From a virus, in the IMG/VR virus record IMGVR_UViG_3300042013_000056, positions 96,001-160,000 of that record: DNA of 64,000 nucleotides. One strand, written 5' to 3'. A model generated the notes under the pieces. The model saw only the letters and a program-made list of their open reading frames with translations. It ran no database searches and was not told where the DNA came from. This document shows positions 37,709 to 44,698 of the stretch, piece by piece. A program made the position numbers and the translations under genes. Each line of letters starts with the position of its first letter. Within the stretch, counting starts at the first letter, position 1.

Positions 37709-37784
37709 TGGTGGGGTTCTTTGGATTCGCACCAACAACTGCGAAGTCGATGCCACGCCGCTTTCCTAATTAAGCTACAACCCC
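37709..37784 (-). ncRNA. tRNA-like RNA, degenerate anticodon arm, TGC T-loop
   Basis: GGGGTT/AACCCC-A-CCA, D-arm GCTT-AATTAGGA-AAGC, T-loop TGCGAAT. Confidence 0.65.
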
Positions 37785-37853
37785 TTCGTCACCCGATTCT
37801 TTCACTTCGGGTCTAGCGAGTGTTCGTTACCTTAGACATCGGGGTATCGAATT

Positions 37854-37930
37854 TGGCTCCGGTAGTAGGACTCGAACCTACGACCTGACGGTTAACAGCC
37901 GCCTGCTCTACCAACTGAGCTATACACGGA
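37854..37930 (-). tRNA. tRNA-Asn(GTT), copy 2
   Basis: GGCGG-CTGTTAA-CCGTC, one-base bulge in the acceptor, CCA. Confidence 0.88.
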
Positions 37931-37940
37931 ATTGAAATTT

Positions 37941-38031
37941 TGGTGGGGAACAGAAGACTTGCACTTCCAACCTTGGCTACTGGCCGACTATACCGGCGCT
38001 CGCCATGCTCTGCTAATTGAGCTAATTCCCC
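37941..38031 (-). ncRNA. tRNA-like RNA with expanded anticodon arm, TGC T-loop
   Basis: GGGGAAT/GTTCCCC-A-CCA, GCTC-AATTAGCA-GAGC, TGGC...GCCA enclosing a hairpin, T-loop TGCAAGT. Confidence 0.7.
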
Positions 38032-38192
38032 AGTACCGAATGCAATGATTGGAGTGGCGTGTACTTAGCCAGCCTCACATTGCATTCTGCTCTGTTGTGG
38101 ATATCCCATTCCCATTGCACGTTCATAACGTCGGTGGAGGCATCGAACCCCGGATAAGACAACAGCATTCTTTTTGATCGTTAGATCGAATT

Positions 38193-38271
38193 TGGTGGGA
38201 AAGGATGGAATTCAACCATCGTATTGCAGTGTCCAATGTTAACTGCTGCTCTTACATTCAGCCACTTTCCC
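38193..38271 (-). ncRNA. tRNA-like RNA with 11-nt anticodon loop
   Basis: GGGAAAG/CTTTCCC-A-CCA; GCAGT-TAACATTGGAC-ACTGC; GATGG-TTGAATT-CCATC. Confidence 0.7.
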
Positions 38272-38427
38272 TTTGGTCACCATCTTATAAACCGCTGATG
38301 AACGCGGTACAAGCTGCCACCGGTTGTTGCTACACCGATTAGACCTGTTGTCCCGAGAAGCCGCTAAGCTTCAATTGGAACCATCATACGTGGCCTTACT
38401 ACGTCTAGTTAGCACTACAGCATTGTT

Positions 38428-38511
38428 TGGTGGATCAGGTAGGGATCGAACCTACTTCGCCAGCGGCATGGGGTTACAGCCCACTAGGACTACCTGTGTC
38501 CCGTCTGATCC
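38428..38511 (-). tRNA. tRNA-Tyr(GTA)
   Basis: Loop CTGTAAC, variable arm, A73, CCA. Confidence 0.85.
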
Positions 38512-38834
38512 ATGTTCTATTTAGATCGGAGCAAATGGCTCAACAATCTGGAATTAGTAGCACCCGGTAAAAGGTCACATCATTGATCAATGATGCTAAC
38601 GTGCAATAGTTAGACACTTTGTCAGTCAAACAGGATTCTTTAACGAATTCCCCCATTATATCTCGGCTGATTGTTTCAAGAACATCCAGCAAATCTTCTA
38701 CCGATTAACGTCCGGTTGTATCCCGACATGGTTATGTTGTGAACCAGTACACACCAACCTGTTAACGAACAGCAGGGACAACCGCATGCATTTTACCCAG
38801 TGCATGATGGGATGTGCCGTTTACCCGGCAAATT

Positions 38835-38910
38835 TGGTGGGAAAGGATGGACTTGCACCACCCCACACCCGCTGTTAGCAGGCAGCTCTAGCTATCTGAG
38901 CTACTTTCCC
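38835..38910 (-). ncRNA. tRNA-like RNA (CTAACAG loop), TGC T-loop
   Basis: GGGAAAG/CTTTCCC-A-CCA, GCTC-AGATAGCTA-GAGC, T-loop TGCAAGT. Confidence 0.7.
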
Positions 38911-39046
38911 ATGGTGACGATTGAGTTCTATTGGTGATCGTCAAACCGCAAAACCCCTGAACTTTTGGGGATCAACGCTTATCCCCTTGGGCGTTGACAG
39001 AAACCAGTCGATACCCGAAGGCGTTAGAACTGAGGGAGTTTCCATT

Positions 39047-39123
39047 TGGTGGGTCGTCTGGGATTCGAACCCAGAACCTTCCGGTTAAAAGCCGGATATT
39101 CTAAACCGTTGAATTAACGACCC
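39047..39123 (-). tRNA. tRNA-Lys(TTT)
   Basis: TCCGG-CTTTTAA-CCGGA, CCA. Confidence 0.93.
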
Positions 39124-39138
39124 GGTGAAACTTGAATT

Positions 39139-39214
39139 TGGCGCCCATGAACGGACTCGAACCGTCAACTTACCGCTAGACAGGCGGTTACTCTACCAAT
39201 TGAGTTACATGAGC
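39139..39214 (-). tRNA. tRNA-Asp(GTC)
   Basis: ACCGC-CTGTCTA-GCGGT, G73, CCA. Confidence 0.9.
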
Positions 39215-39220
39215 TTTTAA

Positions 39221-39286
39221 CTGGATACCATTGGTCTTTTCAAAGATTAAAGGTTTGAATGATTTATGGTTTGCTGTTGGTATCCA
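39221..39286 (-). ncRNA. AACAGCA-motif RNA, copy 4
   Basis: TGGATAC-C-AACAGCAA...GTATCCA-G. Confidence 0.72.
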
Positions 39287-39291
39287 AAACT

Positions 39292-39361
39292 TGGTGCAGT
39301 AGCTGGATTTGACACCGGCATCAGTCGCTTTAGAGGCGTTGACTTCTTTAGTCGATACTGC
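39292..39361 (-). ncRNA. 70-nt compact tRNA-like RNA with CTA anticodon loop
   Basis: GCAGTA/TACTGC-A-CCA, GACT-AAAGA-AGTC, CGC-CTCTAAA-GCG. Confidence 0.7.
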
Positions 39362-39417
39362 AAATGGGGCCGATCATTCGGTTAAATTCCCCGGTAATTC
39401 TGTTTGCTTATACGGTA

Positions 39418-39450
39418 ATTGTATCACAACACAACCACCAAATAAACATT
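39418..39450 (-). promoter_or_regulatory. Phage promoter (compact CTA RNA and tRNA-like block)
   Basis: AATGTTTA...TACAAT. Confidence 0.78.
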
Positions 39451-39459
39451 GAAACTTAA

Positions 39460-39518
39460 CTAGTTGCACTTTTGCTTTCAAGCCAATATGAAATTTAAGT
39501 GTTTGCTGTTGGCAACTA
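39460..39518 (-). ncRNA. AACAGCA-motif RNA, copy 5
   Basis: TAGTTGC-C-AACAGCAA...GCAACTA-G. Confidence 0.72.
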
Positions 39519-39522
39519 AAAC

Positions 39523-39597
39523 TGGTACATCCGGTTGGACTCGAACCAACATAAGTCGGCTTAGAAGGCCGATGCACTTCCGTTATACCACGGATGT
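39523..39597 (-). tRNA. tRNA-Arg(TCT)
   Basis: TCGGC-CTTCTAA-GCCGA, CCA. Confidence 0.92.
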
Positions 39598-39605
39598 ATT
39601 GAAAC

Positions 39606-39684
39606 TGGTGGGCCAAAGCGGGATTCGAACCCTACCCTCATCCACTCTCTGGGATGCGCTCTATCCGCTAAGCTACTCGGACCC
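39606..39684 (-). ncRNA. tRNA-like RNA with 8-nt anticodon loop
   Basis: CATCC-CAGAGAGT-GGATG, D-arm GCTT/GAGC, TTCGAAT T-loop, CCA. Confidence 0.65.
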
Positions 39685-39697
39685 ATTTGATGTAATC

Positions 39698-39730
39698 AAT
39701 ATATCATATCAATCACACAAATTAAACATT
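39698..39730 (-). promoter_or_regulatory. Phage promoter
   Basis: AATGTTTA...TATATT. Confidence 0.72.
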
Positions 39731-39744
39731 GAAACTAAATTATT

Positions 39745-39832
39745 TGGCGGGCCACTGAGGTATCGATCCCCAATCGCGAAACGATCCACTAGTTTTCAAG
39801 ACTAGGCTACCAGCCATGGCAGTTAATGACCC
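39745..39832 (-). tRNA. tRNA-Ser(TGA)
   Basis: CTAGT-CTTGAAA-ACTAG, long variable arm, G73, CCA. Confidence 0.88.
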
Positions 39833-39833
39833 A

Positions 39834-40025
39834 TTAAATCTGTTTGAACACTGGCAGGTTGTAGGTATGCATTCTTACGAATTCACGACAATCCAATTTA
39901 ATTGGATTGCCTACAGTGTGTGGTGTACGTTCAGTGAACAATCCACCGTCGTCTTGCTCTACAAGGTACAACAACATGCAATTGCCGGTTGTGCCTTCCA
40001 GTTGTCCTTTAAAATACCGATCCAT
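39834..40025 (-). CDS. Hypothetical protein
   Basis: 63 aa ORF. Confidence 0.45.
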   Translation of the reverse strand: MDRYFKGQLEGTTGNCMLLYLVEQDDGGLFTERTPHTVGNPIKLDCREFVRMHTYNLPVFKQI

Positions 40026-40238
40026 TCAAAGCCCCATTACACTGACCAGAAGGCCATATTCTTGGATCATCTGATAGTTACGACCAGCATAGAAGAATTT
40101 GATGATACTAGACCCTTCAAACTCGATGCTTGGTTGAAACGAAACCAAATCCATGTGTTCATCTAATACGCCAATCACTTCATGGAAGTCGCTTGGGTTC
40201 AGATTTGTCTGAATGCTTTTCAAGTCTTTTGGAAACAT
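40026..40238 (-). CDS. Hypothetical protein
   Basis: 70 aa ORF. Confidence 0.5.
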   Translation of the reverse strand: MFPKDLKSIQTNLNPSDFHEVIGVLDEHMDLVSFQPSIEFEGSSIIKFFYAGRNYQMIQEYGLLVSVMGL

Positions 40239-40421
40239 TAAGCTGGTTCCTTTGGTATCATAAACGCGGGAGTCGGAGTGAATCGTTTCGGATTCCGTCC
40301 AGACCCTACGATGGTTAGCACCGGCTTTTGACGCTTAACCGGCTGTGAACCAAGTGTCCAGAAGCTGTTCAAGCCCCAGAAATTACCACGTTGTTTCATA
40401 ATATAAGTCTCACAATGAAAT

Positions 40422-40497
40422 TGGAGCGGACGACGAGACTTGAACTCGCAACAGCCTGCTTGGAAGGCAGGAACTCTACCAATTGAGTTACGTCCGC
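40422..40497 (-). tRNA. tRNA-Gly(TCC)
   Basis: CCTGC-CTTCCAA-GCAGG, U73, CCA. Confidence 0.93.
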
Positions 40498-40617
40498 AAA
40501 TGGAAAGCACTGTCTCACGACGTTCTCGCCACCGAATACCCAAGGCGCGGGTAATTCGTTTGTCAAGCACCGGTTAACTTGAAGCTTTTGTTCCGGCTGT
40601 GCCTGACTTGTGAATCT

Positions 40618-40650
40618 ACTATAACAGGGTTCTGTTCAATTCTAAACATT
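40618..40650 (-). promoter_or_regulatory. Phage promoter
   Basis: AATGTTTA...TATAGT. Confidence 0.75.
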
Positions 40651-40665
40651 GAAACAGAAATAATT

Positions 40666-40743
40666 TGGTGTGGATGATCGGACTCGAACCGACTCCTACC
40701 GGGTTTCAGGCCCGGTCGCTTCGTCCCTGTTAGCTTCATCTAC
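40666..40743 (-). ncRNA. Class-I tRNA body with TGA (Ser) anticodon, identity unclear
   Basis: CCGGG-CCTGAAA-CCCGG, short variable loop, A73, CCA. Confidence 0.7.
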
Positions 40744-40748
40744 AGATT

Positions 40749-40824
40749 TGGTGGGTTCAAACGGTAACGATCCGTTATCTATGGCTTTTCAGACCATCGC
40801 TTGTACCATATAAGCTATGAACCC
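40749..40824 (-). tRNA. tRNA-Phe(GAA)
   Basis: Loop CTGAAAA, CCA. Confidence 0.9.
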
Positions 40825-40828
40825 ATAA

Positions 40829-40949
40829 CAGAATGCATTTATCTATCGGCACGATTCGAACGTGCTTCTCCCTATGCCAAGGGTGGTTTACCTACATAAC
40901 CTACGCTGCAAAGATTGGTTGCATGAGATTGGTTGCTGTTAGCATTCTA
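40829..40949 (-). ncRNA. AACAGCA-motif RNA, copy 6 (encloses degenerate tRNA)
   Basis: AGAATGC-T-AACAGCAA...GCATTCT-G; internal GCACG-TTCGAAT-CGTGC T-arm. Confidence 0.72.
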
Positions 40950-40956
40950 AGGCATT

Positions 40957-41040
40957 TGGTGCGTTAGGTAGGGATCGAACCCACTGTGCCATCGGCGCCG
41001 CTTTACAGGCGGTTGGGACTACCCTTGTCCCGTCTAACGC
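40957..41040 (-). tRNA. tRNA-Tyr(GTA)
   Basis: Loop CTGTAAA, variable arm, A73, CCA. Confidence 0.88.
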
Positions 41041-41055
41041 ATTGAAACTAAAATT

Positions 41056-41131
41056 TGGTGCCCGTAGAGGGATTCGAACCCCCAACCCCTCGGTTCGTAG
41101 CCGAGGATTCATCCAGTTGAACTTTACGGGC
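41056..41131 (-). tRNA. tRNA-Arg(ACG)
   Basis: CTCGG-CTACGAA-CCGAG, CCA. Confidence 0.93.
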
Positions 41132-41134
41132 AAT

Positions 41135-41161
41135 AAAAAGGGAGCCAATGGCTCCCTTTAA
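41135..41161 (-). terminator. Intrinsic terminator
   Basis: aaaaagggagcc-aat-ggctcccttt. Confidence 0.75.
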
Positions 41162-41396
41162 GAAAATCGATGCAACAACCGAATCAAATATCCGGGCGTT
41201 CGTCTTCTTGGGAACCAATTGTAACGGTTTTGCCGAAATTAAAGGCAAAGCGATCCTGTACCGGATATCCAGCATTTTTCAGAGAGCGATTTGTGATAGT
41301 CATTGACGACATGGCTTTAATTCCAATTTGTAAAACAGTTGATGTACTTGTATTTAGCGTTGTGTTTTTGAAAAATCATCGGTTTTCGAAAATAAT

Positions 41397-41669
41397 TCAA
41401 AAATAATTTTCACCGGTTGTTTGATACCGTGTCCAATCCATGATCATGTATTCCAGCCTAGACCGGAACGACCACAGGAAACCATACTCTGCAAAGTCCT
41501 CAGACTTCGCTACAGCCATTTGTTGAGTCAGTGTGCGGATTTCCCCGAACACTGACATCACAGTCGTCATACCGGCTTGTAGACGGTCTACGATCATTTG
41601 TTGCAACCATGCTTCACCCTTGGAACCGTAGTGGTTCGCATAGGCCAGCACAAACTCATCAAATGTCAT
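41397..41669 (-). CDS. Hypothetical protein
   Basis: 90 aa ORF directly after the DUF2828 gene. Confidence 0.55.
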   Translation of the reverse strand: MTFDEFVLAYANHYGSKGEAWLQQMIVDRLQAGMTTVMSVFGEIRTLTQQMAVAKSEDFAEYGFLWSFRSRLEYMIMDWTRYQTTGENYF

Positions 41670-41682
41670 AGACCACCTTTCC

Positions 41683-43080
41683 TTACCAGTCGTAACGCGG
41701 AACGTTCAGAGTGTCCAACATCATAGACAGTGGGGTCACTTCTGGAACATCAGTTGCCGCCAGAATCGATTTCATGATTGCTGGACTGAATCCAGTAACC
41801 ATCGCAGTACCACCAACACCGAAGCTAACTGGCACGTTACCGAAACTGGAGTTCATGTTCCAGAAAATGATGTCCGGGCGTTTGTAGCCAGCGGCTGCAT
41901 ACATACGGTCAATCATTTCGAACGCTGAATCATTTTGGAAACCACGGTCCACGCTATTGAACTGCATGTCAGACCACAACAGAATCTTGGTCGGCATGTC
42001 TTCAACCGGAACTTTGTGTTTCACCGCCGATTTCAGAATCAGTTCGAACGACTTTTGCAGGTTGGTAGAACCACCCCACGGTGCAGATTTTGTCTTGCGA
42101 ACACGTTCGGTCAGTGTCTTGCAGTCCGACAGGTCCACCCATGTAGGGTTACTATCAAACGTGATGAACTGATCCTTGAAGATGCCCTTGGAACGCTCTG
42201 CAACGTAGATACCCAGAGATACCGCCACATCCATACAGGTCAGGCCCGGAGACGCGTTGTAGTTGCTCATAGAGCCCGACACATCGACGATACCAATCAG
42301 GTTCTCTTTCGAGTCTGCAAGGTAATCTGGCAATGCTTTCCACTGCGCATCAGCAACACCCTGAACACCATTCAAACCGCGAATGACATCGTAAGGGAAG
42401 ATCGCACCGGCATTGATGGTGGTTTTGCCTGTAGCAAGACCGTCAACCCATTCTTGGTACGCTTCTGGTGCATTACGCTTGAATGCCTTCTGGTAGTTCT
42501 TCGACGCAACCGATGGAAGCTTGCTGAAATCGATTTCGTTCCACTGCTGGGCACACATCTTCTGTTCAACAGTGTTGGACAGCTTGACGATCATTTTGCG
42601 GTAGTTGCGTTCGGTCAATTCGAACTGATTCATGAAGAACCGAGAATACTTCTTGCCTTCACGCGGCATCCACTTCGCACACAGACCGTTATTGTCAAGC
42701 AGAGCCTGAGCAACGATTTCAGTGATAACGAAGTCCAGTTGCTCACTGATACCGATCAGTTGCCACAGGTCATCCCAACGACCAACTTCCGGGATTTTTG
42801 CGATGATACGCGCTGTGGTGTGAATGTGTTGTTCACGGGCGATTTGCCCCATCAACGAACGGAAAGTCTGACGTTCACCAGCACCACCGCGAATATCACG
42901 AACCCACAACAGTTGACGAACTGCCAAATCGGCATCTTCGTTGTACGCAGCACGGAACTGGCTCGACAGGTCAAGACCACGGGCCGAACCGATCTTGGCG
43001 AACAGATCGACGTTTGCATTGAAGCTGGTTTTCTGTGCAGCCATACCGTTGGTGGTACGAGTCATGTTAGTTTGATTCAT
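41683..43080 (-). CDS. DUF2828-type (TROVE/Ro-related) protein with C-terminal vWA domain
   Basis: TTNG, RDIRGGAGERQTF, GRWDDL, AKWMPRE, MIDAS DVSGSM, WGGSTNLQK, SDMQF, FWNM; start MNQTN at 43080 behind its own promoter. Confidence 0.85.
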   Translation of the reverse strand: MNQTNMTRTTNGMAAQKTSFNANVDLFAKIGSARGLDLSSQFRAAYNEDADLAVRQLLWVRDIRGGAGERQTFRSLMGQIAREQHIHTTARIIAKIPEVGRWDDLWQLIGISEQLDFVITEIVAQALLDNNGLCAKWMPREGKKYSRFFMNQFELTERNYRKMIVKLSNTVEQKMCAQQWNEIDFSKLPSVASKNYQKAFKRNAPEAYQEWVDGLATGKTTINAGAIFPYDVIRGLNGVQGVADAQWKALPDYLADSKENLIGIVDVSGSMSNYNASPGLTCMDVAVSLGIYVAERSKGIFKDQFITFDSNPTWVDLSDCKTLTERVRKTKSAPWGGSTNLQKSFELILKSAVKHKVPVEDMPTKILLWSDMQFNSVDRGFQNDSAFEMIDRMYAAAGYKRPDIIFWNMNSSFGNVPVSFGVGGTAMVTGFSPAIMKSILAATDVPEVTPLSMMLDTLNVPRYDW

Positions 43081-43118
43081 TATGTATTCTCTCACAAGTT
43101 GTTCTGATTTATGTGCCC

Positions 43119-43151
43119 ATCGTAGCATGGTTTGATTCTGTTTTAAACATT
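43119..43151 (-). promoter_or_regulatory. Phage promoter (DUF2828-vWA gene)
   Basis: AATGTTTA...TACGAT. Confidence 0.75.
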
Positions 43152-43184
43152 GGAACAGAATTATTTTCACAAATGTTTAGGCGT

Positions 43185-43212
43185 AAAAAAGCCCCGGCGA
43201 ACCGAGGCTTTA
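43185..43212 (-). terminator. Intrinsic terminator after tRNA-Trp
   Basis: aaaaaagcccc-ggcgaacc-gaggcttt. Confidence 0.65.
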
Positions 43213-43217
43213 GAATG

Positions 43218-43292
43218 TGGCAGGCTACTACGGACTCGAACCGCAAATGAGGGATTTGGAATCCCTAGTGTTGCCAATTACACCAGTAACCC
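43218..43292 (-). tRNA. tRNA-Trp(CCA)
   Basis: AGGGA-TTCCAAA-TCCCT, G73, CCA. Confidence 0.92.
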
Positions 43293-43488
43293 ATAAACCG
43301 GCCCTCACACACAAGAGAATGTCTTTACAGACTAGGCCGGGGTCGAAGCGTGGATTAAATCCTGCTTCTGTACTTCTATTTAGTGCTTTGATTTTCAAAA
43401 ATGGTCGTATTTGCAAAAATAATTCACAAACACCCACTTCGGCAGTCATCCTGTTGCCTTCGTAGAGCTTCCCGCCCAATGAGTATTC

Positions 43489-43521
43489 ATTAAAACACAC
43501 AATTGGGCGGAAATAAACATT
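43489..43521 (-). promoter_or_regulatory. Phage promoter, weak -10
   Basis: AATGTTTA...TTTAAT. Confidence 0.5.
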
Positions 43522-43524
43522 GAA

Positions 43525-43905
43525 TCAGTACCAATCCCACATGCGTTCAGCTTCGTTCACACGGGGTGACAGGATTACATCATAATCCTCGGTACGGCTG
43601 GCACGGTACATTTCGATCTTGTGCTTACGCTTCTGTCTCATGGTGTCTTCACGGTGGTACATGCCGGGGCACTTATTCCATCGTCTGTAGTCCATGTGAT
43701 ATTCACGGATGTTGAATTCTGCGTATGCATCATATTCTTTGAAATCGTCATCCATCCAATATGGTTGGTCGAGGATTTCGTTATGCCATCCACCCGGATA
43801 CGAAATGCACAGATGCGTGCGTTCATTTTCACAGCGCAGAAGACCAAGACCGATGTACTTGTGGAAGTTCCGGTTAGGGTTACCGCGACGAATTGTTCTT
43901 GACAT
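43525..43905 (-). CDS. Hypothetical protein
   Basis: 126 aa ORF. Confidence 0.6.
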   Translation of the reverse strand: MSRTIRRGNPNRNFHKYIGLGLLRCENERTHLCISYPGGWHNEILDQPYWMDDDFKEYDAYAEFNIREYHMDYRRWNKCPGMYHREDTMRQKRKHKIEMYRASRTEDYDVILSPRVNEAERMWDWY

Positions 43906-44099
43906 TTTCTTCCCTCATTGAGAAGCCCGGTATTGAGCTTCAATGACGCGAAGATTTGTCCCAGATGTATTTGATCATTCGTGTGATTTCCCACAACGTA
44001 GACATTTGGTGAAATAGAGATAACGAACCGATGGATTGTACCCAAACGGGTATCGTTCTTTGTAAACCAGTTTGCACCCGAAGATTTTACATATCAGGC

Positions 44100-44375
44100 T
44101 CATTGAGGCATCCAGTATGGTGCATCAGCCAACCCATATCGAACCATAGCCAGTTTGAATGCATCAATCCGGCGTTCCTTGTAGAAGCCATTTGGATCAA
44201 ATGGTCGAACCACTACATCATTCACATCAGCGAATGTGGTTGCATCAACTACAACATGACCAGCCTTGCTACCATCGGCAGCAAGATAAATCTGTCCGTT
44301 GGTAATACCGTAGCTTGGTTCAACAACTGGTTTTGGTTGGCGTTTCTGTACAACGATTGTTGGTTTCGGTTTCAT
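44100..44375 (-). CDS. Hypothetical protein
   Basis: Probable start MKPKP; the longer ORF overlaps tRNA-Leu. Confidence 0.5.
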   Translation of the reverse strand: MKPKPTIVVQKRQPKPVVEPSYGITNGQIYLAADGSKAGHVVVDATTFADVNDVVVRPFDPNGFYKERRIDAFKLAMVRYGLADAPYWMPQ

Positions 44376-44389
44376 GTCATTCTCACATT

Positions 44390-44475
44390 TGGTGCCCGTG
44401 GTGGGATTCGAACCCACATGATCTTTCGACCGTCGCATTTTAAGTGCGGTGTGTATACCGTTCCACCACACGGGC
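44390..44475 (-). tRNA. tRNA-Leu(TAA)
   Basis: Loop CTTAAAA, long variable arm, CCA. Confidence 0.92.
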
Positions 44476-44482
44476 GTTTGTA

Positions 44483-44698
44483 TCAAATAAGCAGCGTAAG
44501 TTCGCTGTAGCCTTGTTCCTGAACTTCGTTGTAGGTCAACGGGTTCGCTTCAATCAGGTTTGGTGGCGAATAAATCACTTGAAGCGATTTGTTGTAGTTC
44601 GCATATTCAGCCAGTGACTTGAAATGAATATTGCCGATGTAGTTACCGGCGCGTGTGTGCATCAGCACTTCATAGACTAGATTCATCGACACTCTCAA
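44483..44698 (-). CDS. Hypothetical protein
   Basis: 71 aa ORF. Confidence 0.45.
   Translation of the reverse strand: MRVSMNLVYEVLMHTRAGNYIGNIHFKSLAEYANYNKSLQVIYSPPNLIEANPLTYNEVQEQGYSELTLLI

Noticed and set aside
32000-41200. CRISPR-like array suggested by repeated tttggt and ACAGCA motifs
   Set aside because: The repeats are tRNA CCA ends and irregularly spaced ncRNAs. There are no constant-length repeats and spacers and no cas genes.
41935-43107. 390-aa plus-strand ORF antisense to the DUF2828 gene (also 20785-21690, 21700-22449 and similar)
   Set aside because: Such shadow ORFs occur opposite most real genes in this window, show no motifs or SD, and are explained by codon bias.
7131-44390. 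Recurrent TGTGAG(A) upstream of many start codons
   Set aside because: Compatible with an ordinary Shine-Dalgarno variant pairing to the anti-SD; no evidence for a separate system.
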